Of a DNA stretch of 64,000 bases, positions 20,160-31,512 are shown one piece after another (position 1 is the stretch's first letter; each line of letters begins with the position of its first letter). This DNA comes from an uncultured Planctomycetaceae bacterium (GTDB lineage Bacteria; Planctomycetota; Planctomycetia; Planctomycetales; Planctomycetaceae). The stretch is taken from positions 454,857-518,856 of the forward strand of contig CAWFGE010000010.1 of assembly GCA_963815195.1 (NCBI GenBank), given 5' to 3'. The translations under genes and the position numbers were made by a program. The notes beneath the pieces are model-generated. The model saw nothing but the letters and a program-made list of their open reading frames with translations. It had not been told where the DNA came from and did not search any database.

Positions 20160-20495
20160 ATGTCGTCCCCTTCCCAAAACGAAACCCATTCTCGAAACGG
20201 CGAGTCTTCAGGCTCTCTGGTCCCCGCCCGTCTTCCCGCGGCAGCTTTGATCTCGGCATTGGAATTCGAGCAGCTCCAACTCGAAGAACGCCGCGAGTCT
20301 CTCCGTCAGAAGATGGGCGAGGTGGAGACGGAATTAGTCCGACTCACGAGCCGGCAGGCTGAACTCCAAAAGCTCGACGTGTCGCTCGATCGCTTGCTGA
20401 AGTATTTGCAGGAGCACAGATCCAATGAAGAACCGGGCAATGCCTCCCAGCCTTGCCGAGGCCTCGCCAATGCCGCCGTCGCCGGCACGTTTTGA
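20160..20495 (+). CDS. Small coiled-coil hypothetical protein
   Basis: Heptad-like LEFEQLQLEERRESLRQKMGEVETELVRL; ATG at 20160 after AAGGAG. Confidence 0.55.
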   Translation: MSSPSQNETHSRNGESSGSLVPARLPAAALISALEFEQLQLEERRESLRQKMGEVETELVRLTSRQAELQKLDVSLDRLLKYLQEHRSNEEPGNASQPCRGLANAAVAGTF

Positions 20496-20571
20496 TTGAG
20501 CCTGTGCCTGCATTGCTCATCCAGAGAACGGCACAAGACCGCGAGCGAACCAGGGGTTGGCGTTCTCCTTT

Positions 20572-20621
20572 GCTCACACGCCGGGAACGTTCTTGGAGCG
20601 TTCCCGGCGTGTGAGCTTTTT
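20572..20621 (+). terminator. Intrinsic terminator
   Basis: 18-bp perfect stem GCTCACACGCCGGGAACG/CGTTCCCGGCGTGTGAGC followed by TTTTT. Confidence 0.75.
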
Positions 20622-20848
20622 AGATCATGAAAAGATTGGCAACAGGATGCCATTTTTTTAGCACTCGGCCGGGATCGATTGTCTCTCGAATGACCGTTTT
20701 TGACACACGGCGTCGCCGAAGCATCGCTGTTCGGCCCCGTTACATGCGATACGCCGTCGGAAGTTTTTCTTGAAAATGGAGCCGAATCGAATGACAATCA
20801 TATCCATATTGATCCTTCCTCTGGCTGCGCTTTAGGATCCTGCTCGAC

Positions 20849-23800
20849 ATGAACGACCATTCGCAACCGGATACGAGCCGGATTGACCAAGTCTGTGACG
20901 CGTTCGAACAAGCCTGGAAGGACGGCCGAAGGCCGCAAATCGAGGAGGGGCTGTCCGAAGTCGAACCGGCACAGCGTCCCGGGCTGCTTGTCGAGCTGCT
21001 CAAACTCGATGTTCATTATCGCCAACAAAACGGCGAAGATCCGGCACACTCCGACTACGTCTCACGCTTCCCGGGGCAGAGCGATCTGCTGGATGCGGTC
21101 TTCGAAGACGAGGATCGGCCGGATACCCATGATGTTTCTCGCGGAGAAATTGTCTCGACAGTTCTTTATGACTCCAAGCGCGATCCGGCCGCCGAACCCG
21201 AAACGATGCCGGATCGCATCGGCCGGTATCGGATTGATGAACTCCTGGGCGAAGGCGGCTTTGGGCGCGTCTTCCGTGGGTTTGACGAAGACTTAAAGCG
21301 GGCGGTGGCCATTAAAGTGCCACGCAAAGACCGCGTGTCGCGGCCCGAAGACGTGGAAGCCTATCTGAGCGAGGCCCAAACCGTCGCGAAGTTGAAACAC
21401 CCGCGGATTGTCCCCGTGTTCGATGTGGGCCACACCGAGGATGGCTTGTGCTTTGTCGTGTCCGATTTTTTGACCGGCGGGGATTTGGCCAAGCGGATCA
21501 AACGCAGCCGCCCGGATTTTTGCGAGGCCAGCGATTGGATGTGCCAACTGGCCGAAGCCCTCCATATCGCCCATCGGCAGGGGGTGGTGCATCGGGACAT
21601 TAAGCCCGCCAACATTCTATTGGATGAGGAAGGCCAACCGCACTTGGCGGACTTCGGTTTGGCCCTCCGCGAAGAGGATTTTGGCCGGGGAGCGGGCTTG
21701 GCGGGAACGCCCGCGTACATGTCCCCAGAACAAGCCCGGGGCGAAGGCCATCGGGTGGATGGCCGCAGCGACATTTTTAGCTTGGGGATTGTGTTCTATG
21801 AACTCTTGACGGGTCGGCGTCCGTTTCGCGGCACCTTGGATGAAGTCTTGGATCAAATCAAGCACGTGGAAGCCAAGCCGCCTCGGCAAGTGGACGACAA
21901 GATTCCGCAGGAACTCGAACGCATTTGCCTGAAAACGCTCGCGAAACGGGCCGTGGAACGCTACAGCACCGCCAAGGACTTGGCCGAGGATTTGCTGCAT
22001 TGGCTCCATCCGCTAAAAGCCCAACCCGCTCCTGCCGCCCGATGGGAACTGCCCTCACGCAAGGATTTGGAGAAGCTCGCGTTTATCAGCTACGCTTCCC
22101 AAGACAAAGAGATGGCCTATCCGCTGTGTCAATTTCTGGAAGCGCAAGGCGTCGGCTGCTGGATTGCTCCGCGAGATGTGTCTCCGGGCAGCAATTACGC
22201 CGAGGAAATCGTCAAGGCCATTGACGCCACGCCGATCACGCTCTTGTTGTTGTCCTCGCATGCGAACCAGTCGGTGCACGTGGCGAATGAAATCGAGCGG
22301 GCTACCAGCAAACGCAAGCGGGTGATTCCGATCCGCTTGGAAGAGGTGCTGCCCAGCCCCGGCATCGAATTGCATCTGGCAGCGACCCAGTGGGTGGATG
22401 CTTGGCATTTGACCGCCGATCAATTGGCGACTCAATTGGCGGAAAACTTTCGGGGCGTGCTCGGCACACCCCAAGGAATGGCCAGCCCGCCCCGTCTGCT
22501 GGCGACCTCGCAGCGGCAGGTCAAAATTATCCCGAAGGGCCTCAGGTCGTTCGATGCCAACGATGCCGACTTCTTTCTCGAACTGCTGCCCGGTCCCCGC
22601 GATCGCGACGGGCTGCCCGAGAACCTGCGCTTTTGGAAACAGCGGATTGAAACGACCAGCGAGGACCAGACGTTTTCCGTGGGTTTGATCTACGGTCCTT
22701 CGGGCTGTGGGAAGTCATCATTGGTCAAAGCCGGTCTGCTTCCTCGTTTGGCGGAGCAGGTGGTGGCCATCTACATCGAAGCCACGCCGGACGAGACGGA
22801 AACCCGCTTGCAAAATGCCCTGGCCCAGCGGTTAAATACCAAAGGCCGCTTGGGGGACATGCTGGCGGACCTGCGCCGCGGGGCGGGTTGCGGGCCGGGC
22901 AGAAAGTCCTGTTGGTCCTGGATCAGTTTGAGCAATGGCTGCATGCCCACCGGGAAGAAACGGGCACGGAATTGGTGGAAGCCTTGCGGCAATGCGACGG
23001 CGTCCATCTGCAATGCGTGGTCATGGTGCGGGATGATTTTTGGTTAGCGGTCAGCCGGTTTATGCGGGAATTGGAAGTTCGGATTGTTGAGGCCGACAAC
23101 AGCGCCCTCGTCGATTTGTTCGATCCCTTGCACGCCCGAAAGGTGTTGTCGGATTTTGGCCAGGCATTCGGTCGGCTGCCGGAAAATCCCAATGAATTCA
23201 GTTCCGACCAACAATCGTTTCTCGATGCGGCCGTCACCGGCCTCGCGCATGATGGCAAGATCATCTCCGTGCGGTTGGCGTTATTTGCGGAGATGGTCAA
23301 AGGCAAGCCCTGGACGCCGGCAACGCTCCAAGCGGTCGGCGGCACAGAAGGAGTGGGCGCGACTTTCTTGGAGGAGACATTTAGTGCTGGCACGGCTCCG
23401 CCCGAACACCGCCTGCACCAAAAAGCCGCCCGCAACGTCCTGCGGGCTTTGTTGCCGGAATCGGGCACCGATATTAAAGGCCATATGCGTTCCCACACGG
23501 AACTTTTAGTAGCCTCAGGCTATGCAAACCGACCGAAAGACTTTGCCGATTTGCTGAGGATTCTGGATCAGGAAGTGCGATTGATCACTCCGACTGACCC
23601 GGAAGGGCAGGACGATGAAGACGCCGAACCCACGGCAACCGGTGGGCAGTTTTATCAACTCACACACGATTATCTCGTGCCGTCCTTGCGGGATTGGCTG
23701 ACCCGCAAGCAGAAGGAGACGCGTCGCGGACGAGCGGAACTTCGGCTGGCAGAACTCGCGGCGGGTTGGAGTTCCAAACCACTAAAACGCAACCTTCCAA

Positions 23801-25464
23801 CCTGGTGGGAGCACATCAACATTCGCATCCTTACAAAAAAGCTCTTCTGGAGTCCCTCCCAACAGCGAATGATGAGGACGTCCGCCAATTATCACGGCCT
23901 TCGTTGGACTTCCTCCTTGGTTATTCTGACCATTATCGTCGTGAGCTTCACGAGGTATCTTGCGGTACGTCAACAAGAAAACGACGTGCAACGCGCGGAC
24001 ACATTGGTTAAAAACGTGCTTGCGGCGCCACCTCAAGCGGTCCCCTACGCAATTGAAAATCTAAAACCGCTTGAGAAACATGCCGTCATAATTCTCAACC
24101 GGTTTCTGAAGGAACGAACATTAAATCACAACCAACGCCTGCACGCTGCCTGTGCGCTAGCGGAGTTCGGACATACCAATGTTGATGAGATATTGAGCCT
24201 GATTGGTAACACAACTTTGGACGAGATTACCAATATTGCCAACGTGCTCAAGGGAGCAAGAAAACCAGCATTGGATAGATTGAAAATCCAAATCCGCACC
24301 GCTGAAGACGAAGAGAATTGGGCGCAAAAGAGCCGTTATGCAGTAGTCGCACTGTTGCTTGGCGAGAAAAACGCTGCTTCCGAGATGTGTGCCATGCAAA
24401 CAGATCCGATTCAACGGACCACTTTTATCAACTTGCTTCCCAAAATGCACCCGGATTTAACGCTGCTGGAAAAAGTCACTAGAAACTGTAACGACGGGCC
24501 ACTGCAATCCGCCCTTTGTTTCGGCCTTGGTGATATTTCCGCAGAGCAAATGTCCGTAAAAGAAAAAGAATTATGGATCGAACGTTTGACGAATTGGTAT
24601 AAGAATTCAAACGACACGGGAACCCATAGTGCATCATATTGGGCAATGCGCCAATGGAAATCGGCACCGGAAGTGAATACGCGCTTGCAAGTCGAGAGAG
24701 ATCCTAATTGGCAGGTAAATAGCGTTGGAATGACGCTACTGCGTCTTCAGTCGGGCCAATTCCTCATGGGGAGTCAAAATGGAAATCAGAATGAAAAACC
24801 GGTCCATGAGGAGAAAATCGGACACACTTTCTATATTTCCGCCCAAGAGGTATCGGTTCGCCAGTTCGGGCGATTTTTGGATGACATGTCGCCAAACGTC
24901 GCCAAGCCTGAGGATTGGCACGGCTATTCTTCTCACACGAGTCCGACCGAATTCCACCCGATCCAAAACGTTTCGATAAACGATGCAATTCTATTCTGTA
25001 ACTGGCTAAGTGATCGCGAACAGCGAGGCAACTGCTATCTTGCGAGTAACGGACGTTGGTCTCTTGCAAAAAATGTCGGTGGTTATCGGTTGCCCTCAGA
25101 AGCAGAGTGGGAGTATGCGTGTCGGGCGGGAACTCAAACTGAGTATTTTTTTGGGGAAAACAGCAGCCTCATCAGCGATTACGCTGTCTGCGGAACGCTG
25201 AATACGCAACCCTGCGGAACTGCAAAACCAAACGTCTGGGGGTTATACGACATGCACGGAAATGTTCACGAATTGTGTTCGAATGCGTCAAACGACCCAT
25301 TGTTTTTTAATTATCGATTAGTATGGTATAGTCGTGGCGGAGGATGGAGAAGTACGTATGCCGATTGTCGCTCGGCTTCGCGTTACCAGGTTTCCCACGG
25401 CGAGCGCAGTATTGACGTTGGATTTCGTGTCGTTCTAGAGATGTCTCCAACCGACACGTTCTGA
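20849..25464 (+). CDS. Ser/Thr kinase-TIR-P-loop NTPase-TM-FGE-sulfatase multidomain protein (frameshift ~22890)
   Basis: GEGGFG, VAIK, HRDIKPAN, DFG, GTPAYMSPEQ; TIR AFISY..ANEIERA; Walker A GPSGCGKSS, Walker B VLLVLDQFE; FGE RLPSEAEWEYACRAG, GLYDMHGNV, GFRV. Confidence 0.9.
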
Positions 25465-25495
25465 TAGCCGGATCTATTTTTCGACGGGGAACATT

Positions 25496-27328
25496 ATGAA
25501 GTCTGTAAATCTCACATTTCGAACGACCGTTTTTTGGTCAATTCCCGTCTTATGCTGTTTGACAACGACGACATGTTCGGCACAACCGAGCGTCCATTGG
25601 GTTCTCCACAGTCTGGACCGCCTCAATTGCTATTTTGACGCGTCCAAAAAGATGATAACTGAGGAAGAACAGGCATATTTCTCCGATGCTGAGGAGTATC
25701 TTAAGCCTCTTGTCGTTGGTGTCGACAAAAGTAGACCTATCCGGATGGATTTCATAATGGCCGATGGCCCAGAACGATTGAGATTGTGGCTACCTATAAA
25801 CGAGGATGATTTCACAACGTTTGAAAAACAAAACTTAATTCCAAACGGCATCAATCGTAAGAGAAGAGTTACGAAAAACTTGCACGAGTTTAGTGGAGCG
25901 TTTGAGGGATTTATGCGAACATCTTTCCCGTATTGCGGGTTTGCCAGTTTAAGAAAAGACTTGCCGCCAGGTTTGAATCCTTTGGATAAACGGGATTCAA
26001 TCCTGACAGACGATTCTGACTTTGTTTTTCAAGCTAAGAATGAAGGGAAGTCAGAAGAACTTCGGAACGATTTTGAGGATCCAAAAGGAATTCGCGAACG
26101 ACTTATGAAATCGCTCATCAAGGGAAAACGTGAACCCATTGAGGATTTCGAATTGAGAAAACTGTGGGCACGTCAGTATTTGGATGAATATGAGAGAATC
26201 TATGTCGAGGCCAAGCGATTTCGCGTTAAGGTCAAGCTCGATCCCATTACAAAGTGGATCAGGGCAACCTTGGAGTTAACGCCGATGGTCGGAACTCCCC
26301 TCGAATCCTCCATCACGCACCTCAGTGAGGCCGCATTCAGGTTTTCGATGATTTGCCATCCTGAAGACGCGGAACTAAGCTTCCGTCTCTCATTTATATT
26401 GGATCAGATGCGCAAGGATCACTTCTTAAATTTATTTGACTTTTGGATTGAGAGAGAATTGAGTTTTGCAAGTCGTCTTCCAAATAAGGATGAACGGGTT
26501 GCGAGATTTGACCTAATTAAACATATGTCTCAATTGTTCGAGGGAATCATAAGAGAGAAAAAGATTGACCTGTTTCTCGATATTGAATCTCACGGAGAAA
26601 AGCACCTTCATCTTACAGGCGGCTTCGTGGTGCCGGAGAGTCGCCAGCTTCTTTCAATCTTGAATTGCATGGACCAACGTGGAATTTGTCGTGTTACGCT
26701 CAATTCGACTGAGATTGAAGGTGTTCATTTTCATACAATTGCCTGGGAAAAGGATTCGGGGGTGTGGTGGCAACAGCTAATTGGTAGCAAATCAATGATC
26801 GTTGGCGCGAAGAACAACGCAGTTTGGTTTGCCACCGGAGATCGAAGAGAAACTAAACTCAAAGACAGAATCAGACAATCATTAACACAAAAGCAGGGAG
26901 ACACAAGTCAGCCTGTTTTCAGTATGCGTAGTCAACTTGGTTATTGGATTAGCTGGTACGGAGAACACATTCCGATGGATCAATCAAGCACATCATTAGG
27001 TCTAATTCGAGAATTCATTTCCAAAAGTCGCTCTCTCGTAGATGAGGGCTCCGAGGAGAGGCAAACTGATTTAATTGTAGTCGTTAATCGAAACGCAAAC
27101 TCGCTCGTTGGAGTGGTCCGCATTTCTCCGCAAGTGCTAAAGTTGGCGGGAAGGATTTTGGCGGAGCTAGCGAAGGAGAACATATCCGAATGTGCCAAAT
27201 GCGCAAATGCCCCGGAGCGGGGAAATGTAGGTAGCCGTCCACTCTACGATGGGTTTGCGGTTCGCGCAGGCGGATGCGCAGACCGTTTTTGGCGCGGAAC
27301 GGTGCGTGGGGCAGCGCGGGGCGATTGA
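25496..27328 (+). CDS. Exported hypothetical protein (AT-richer; C-terminus past ~27185 doubtful)
   Basis: Signal-like N-terminus; long ORF; composition changes at ~27185. Confidence 0.7.
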   Translation: MKSVNLTFRTTVFWSIPVLCCLTTTTCSAQPSVHWVLHSLDRLNCYFDASKKMITEEEQAYFSDAEEYLKPLVVGVDKSRPIRMDFIMADGPERLRLWLPINEDDFTTFEKQNLIPNGINRKRRVTKNLHEFSGAFEGFMRTSFPYCGFASLRKDLPPGLNPLDKRDSILTDDSDFVFQAKNEGKSEELRNDFEDPKGIRERLMKSLIKGKREPIEDFELRKLWARQYLDEYERIYVEAKRFRVKVKLDPITKWIRATLELTPMVGTPLESSITHLSEAAFRFSMICHPEDAELSFRLSFILDQMRKDHFLNLFDFWIERELSFASRLPNKDERVARFDLIKHMSQLFEGIIREKKIDLFLDIESHGEKHLHLTGGFVVPESRQLLSILNCMDQRGICRVTLNSTEIEGVHFHTIAWEKDSGVWWQQLIGSKSMIVGAKNNAVWFATGDRRETKLKDRIRQSLTQKQGDTSQPVFSMRSQLGYWISWYGEHIPMDQSSTSLGLIREFISKSRSLVDEGSEERQTDLIVVVNRNANSLVGVVRISPQVLKLAGRILAELAKENISECAKCANAPERGNVGSRPLYDGFAVRAGGCADRFWRGTVRGAARGD

Positions 27329-27529
27329 TTTTCCATCGTAATTGCCGCCTTCCGCCCACCACGGGAATGTCTCCGTCGCGGCCAAAATGGAAGGTGTGCA
27401 GAGCGGAATCAACCTTCAGTTGAACGGGTTCAAGTTGAGCGCCCGGCGCCGTGGGAATATATCCCTCGGGAGACGATACCTGCTGTATACAGGGAGCGCG
27501 AAAGACGTTCGGCCTGTGGTGTCTTCTTG

Positions 27530-27760
27530 TCAGTCGTCTGCATCCAGCGGGGCGGGTTCGCAGGAGGCGAGGGCGTCGGCAACGAGGCCGGTCCAGTGGC
27601 AGGTTTCGCACTCGCAGGGGGAGTGCTCTTCCCAGACGGATGTGAGCGTTACGGACTCCGTCAGTTGGTATTCATCCGCGGCATGGAAGAACGCGGTGAC
27701 ATAGCCTTGAAGATGGATCTCGATCCTTAAAAGCTGCCCGTGGCATTGGGGACATCGCAT
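27530..27760 (-). CDS. Small Cys-rich putative Zn-binding protein
   Basis: MRCPQC...CECETC, 76 aa. Confidence 0.55.
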   Translation of the reverse strand: MRCPQCHGQLLRIEIHLQGYVTAFFHAADEYQLTESVTLTSVWEEHSPCECETCHWTGLVADALASCEPAPLDADD

Positions 27761-27925
27761 GATTGGCGGTTTCTCAGAAGGTGGCGGTAAAAGGAAATGG
27801 GCGGGCGGTTGGGGGTGCCGGTAGGCCGGAATGGCCATGGGGGAACGGCAGCTTTAGGGATTTGAGAACGCTCCAAAGGAACCGTTCGTCAAACGGCCGG
27901 AGCCAGCGTTGAGGAGGAACCGTTG

Positions 27926-29326
27926 CTATTGTGCGGCCGTTGCAGGGAAGACGTTGTCCGAACGGAATTCCGGATGCTTGAACCATTCGTTGACCGGTCC
28001 CAGTCGGGGGGCGATGGGGCCGGGCGGGGATTCGCGTTTGTCGGCGAGCCGGCGGATTCGGTGGAAGAGTTTTTCCCGTTCCGGAGAGAACTCGCGGCCT
28101 CGGCGGGCCATGACTTTGCGGGCGATCTCCGCTCCGCGGGTCTCGTCGAAGGTGGTCCACTCCTCGCCGTCGATCCACACAAAGCTGGGCACGAATTTCG
28201 GACTTTGCGAGGCGAACACGCTGCTGCAAAAGCCGATGACGGCGCCGGTGGGGAAGCTGACGTTGATGCCGAGCTTGCTGTAATCACCGACAAGCATACC
28301 CACGAACATTTCGCCGGTTTCGACGGGTTGGCCGTTGATGGGCACGCGCACGGTGCCGTAGGTGTTTTTGAGATCGCTGTTGATGCAGTCGGCGGCGATG
28401 TTGACCCAGGTGCCGATATAGCTATGGCCCAAAAAGCCGTCGTGCTGTTTGTTGGAATAGCCGTGGATGATGCTGGCTTCGATCTCGCCGCCGACTTTGC
28501 AGACGGGGCCGAGGGTCGTTCCCGCGTGAATCACGGCGCCGGGTTGGATGAGCGTGCCGTCGCCGATGGACACGGGGCCTTGAATGTAGGTGTGGGGAGA
28601 GATCGTAACATTTTCGCCGATCCAGACCGGGCCGTTCTCGGCGTCGATCACTGCGCAGGGTTTGATGCGGCTGCCTTTTCCCAAGTGCACCGATTCGGGG
28701 GCCAAGAGATGGCTGCCGGGATCGATGCGGGCTTCGTGGGAGGAGGCGTTTCCTGCGTTGGACCAATCCGCGATGAGGGCCCGTTCGTTGGCGTGGATCA
28801 ATTCCCAGGGCCAGCGAAAAAGTTCCACATGTTCGCCAACATTGCGGCGGGGCAAATCTTTCAATTGCTCTTCGAGCAGGTTTTCATTCAAAAAGACATC
28901 GGGGGAGAGCCGGGCCGTCAATTCGGCGTCAGCGAACACGCAGGCGATCTCCTCGTCTTTCCCGGCGACGCCCACCCAAGAGGAGTGCCCGTCTTGGGAC
29001 GCGGGAAGCTGTTTCCACCAGCCCCGGCCGCTTAAAAAGAGAGCGGGGCCTTTGACGGTTTGGTTGATGGGATGCGGCCGGTCTTCCGCTAAGACCGCGG
29101 ACACTTCCTCCCGGCACCAAAGCGATGGGCGGTTCTTCGAGACATCCTGTCCGCGGCCGTTGCCGTTTCGATGGGCCGAGGACGCCGACGCGGATACCAG
29201 CAGCCTCTGGATTTTTTGAAGCAAAGAATCCCGCCCGCAAACGAGTTCAAACGTCGGGCGGATATAGGTCAAAGGCAGCATTTGCTGCCAGATCGAATCT
29301 TCGTAAACCACAATGTTCGGTTGCAT
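27926..29326 (-). CDS. Putative sugar nucleotidyltransferase, GlmU-related with hexapeptide repeats
   Basis: LPLTYIRPTFELVCG, PWELI, hexapeptide region, GGEIEASII, SNKQHDGFLGHSY, NSDLKNTY; directly downstream of glmS. Confidence 0.85.
   Translation of the reverse strand: MQPNIVVYEDSIWQQMLPLTYIRPTFELVCGRDSLLQKIQRLLVSASASSAHRNGNGRGQDVSKNRPSLWCREEVSAVLAEDRPHPINQTVKGPALFLSGRGWWKQLPASQDGHSSWVGVAGKDEEIACVFADAELTARLSPDVFLNENLLEEQLKDLPRRNVGEHVELFRWPWELIHANERALIADWSNAGNASSHEARIDPGSHLLAPESVHLGKGSRIKPCAVIDAENGPVWIGENVTISPHTYIQGPVSIGDGTLIQPGAVIHAGTTLGPVCKVGGEIEASIIHGYSNKQHDGFLGHSYIGTWVNIAADCINSDLKNTYGTVRVPINGQPVETGEMFVGMLVGDYSKLGINVSFPTGAVIGFCSSVFASQSPKFVPSFVWIDGEEWTTFDETRGAEIARKVMARRGREFSPEREKLFHRIRRLADKRESPPGPIAPRLGPVNEWFKHPEFRSDNVFPATAAQ
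28211..28374. repeat. 164-bp direct repeat, copy 2 (inside the intact gene)
   Basis: Matches 12501-12664. Confidence 0.95.
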
Positions 29327-29412
29327 TTCACACCCCCTTTATGAAAATCGGCCGATTTCGAAATCGCACCGAATCGTCGCAAATCGAAAATCAAAATGTC
29401 CCAACTGCCAAC

Positions 29413-31246
29413 TCATTCCACGGTGACGCTCTTGGCGAGGTTTCGCGGCTTGTCCACGTTGCAGCCACGGCCGATGGCCGCGTGATACGCCATCAGTTGC
29501 AGCGGAATCGTGGTCACGAGCGGCGAGAGGATCGGCAGGGTCTGCGGCACGCGGATGACTTCATCGGCGATCGACGAAATCGCATCGTCGCCGTCGGAAG
29601 CAATCGCGATCACGTACCCTTCGCGGCTGCGGACTTCTTCGATGTTCGCGAGCACCTTGTCGTACGTATGGTCCTGCGGCGCGATCACCACGACCGGCAT
29701 GCCTTTGTCAATAAGGGCGATGGGGCCGTGCTTCATCTCGGCCGCCGGCAGGCCCTCGGCATGGATGTAACTGATTTCCTTGAGCTTCAAAGCGCCTTCC
29801 AAAGCCACGGGAAAATTGACGCCCCGGCCGAGATACAGCCAGTTGTCCCATTCCAACAGCCGGGGGATCAGCCGCTCGATTTGGGATTCGGTTTCGAGGG
29901 CGGTTGCCACTTTATCCGGAACGGCTTCGAGTTCCGCCATCACGACCGCGGCGTCTTCGGGCGAGAGCCTCCGCCGGCGGCCGAGGTGGGTGGCCATCAT
30001 CGCCAGCACCGCGACCTGGGCCGTAAAAGCTTTCGTGCTGGCCACGCCGATTTCGGGGCCGACGTGCAAATAGACGCCCGCATCGGTTTCACGGGCGATA
30101 CTCGAACCCACGGCATTGACCACGCCCAAACAGGTCGCCCCCTTGAGCTGGACTTCCCGGAGCGCGGCGAGCGTGTCCGCTGTCTCGCCGGACTGGCTGA
30201 TGGCGATGGCGAGCGTGCCCTCATCGATCAAGGGATTTCGATAACGCAGTTCGCTCGAGTATTCGACGTCCGCGGGAATCCCGGCGAGGCGCTCGAACAA
30301 GTCCCGGCCGATCGAGCCCCGCGTGCCAGGCCGTGCCGCAGCCGAAGAGCAGCACCCGCCGGCACAGCGGCAACTGGCGCTCGCAGGTGCGGAGCCCGTC
30401 GAGCACGATCGAACCGTCCTCCCGGCGAATGCGGCCCCGCATCGCGTTCCGAAGCGCCCCCGGCTGCTCCTGGATTTCCTTGAGCATGTAATGGGCATGG
30501 TCGCCCAGTTCGATTTCTTCCAGGCTCATTTGCAGCGTGCTAAATTCCTTTTCGACCGGGCGGGCATCGATGGTCGTGGCGGTGATCCCGTCGGGCTCGA
30601 CCTGGAGGATCTCGTTGTCCGTGAGATAACTGACCTCCGAGGTATAAGCCACGATGGCGCTGGGATCGGAAGCCAGATAATATTCCCCGTCGCCGCGGCC
30701 CACGATCAAAGGGCTTCCCCGCCGGGCGGCGATCAAGGTTTGCGGGTGGTCCGCCGAGAGGACCACCAAGCCGAACGTGCCTCGCACGTCTTCGAGGGTT
30801 CTTCGCACGCTTTCCAGGAACTCGCCCGATTGGGAATAGAAGTACCCGATCATTTGGGCCAACGTTTCGGAATCCGTCTCGCTCTGGAAGCGGATGCCTT
30901 GGCCTTCGAGATACGAGCGGAGAGCCGCGTGGTTCTCGATGACGCCGTTATGCACGATGGTGATCCGTCCCGAGGCATCCGTGTGCGGGTGGGCGTTTCG
31001 TTCGCTGGGTTTTCCGTGCGTGGCCCAGCGGGTGTGGCCGATCCCCACGGTTCCGGACATGGGTCGCCGCGCGAGGGACTCCTCCAACTGGCTGACGTGT
31101 CCCACGGTCCTGAGGAGGTCGAGTTGCTCGCCATCGATCGTGGCCAATCCCGCCGAGTCGTAGCCGCGGTATTCCAACCGTTTGAGCCCCGCCACGATGA
31201 CTTCCACCGCGTTTTGGGGACCTAGATAACCAACGATGCCGCACAT
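29413..31246 (-). CDS. glmS: Glutamine--fructose-6-phosphate transaminase (frameshift ~30315)
   Basis: MCGIVG, LEYRGYDSAG, GHTRWATHG, SQSGETADT, GPEIGVASTKAF, DKPRNLAKSVTVE. Confidence 0.97.
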
Positions 31247-31512
31247 GTGGTATGCACCTTTTCTGATCGACCGCGTCCGCAGCGAGATTCGTCAGGCCGA
31301 AATCGCTTGGCGCGCAAAGATTAAAATGAAATGAGGGGGGCACTAAAAGAAACAAGATTTTCGATTGCCGGAGAACAAATTGGGGAAAAGATTCCCGTTT
31401 TGCCGATGACTCCGAATGCCCGAACTCCAAGTCGGGATTGATAGCGTCAAGACAGGGTGTTAAAGTAAATTAGGGAAACCGTTCTCATTTTCTTTACGGT
31501 GCGGAGGCTGGG

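Larger units (their letters stand above)
12501..28374. mobile_element. Putative integrated island bounded by the 164-bp direct repeat
   Basis: Terminal direct repeats; cargo of terminase-like, ERCC4, IS1595-like, sigma-like and kinase-TIR genes; no integrase seen. Confidence 0.5.

Noticed and set aside
25250..25464. Diversity-generating retroelement variable region in the FGE domain tail
   Set aside because: FGE tails are typical DGR targets, but I found no reverse transcriptase and no second copy with adenine-specific mismatches in the window.
12676..28374. Intact prophage
   Set aside because: No portal, capsid, tail, lysis or integrase genes are recognisable.
31247..31510. glmS ribozyme upstream of glmS
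   Set aside because: Only a loose GCGCC...TGACGA resemblance; the rest of the conserved core is not evident. An Rfam cmsearch would settle it.
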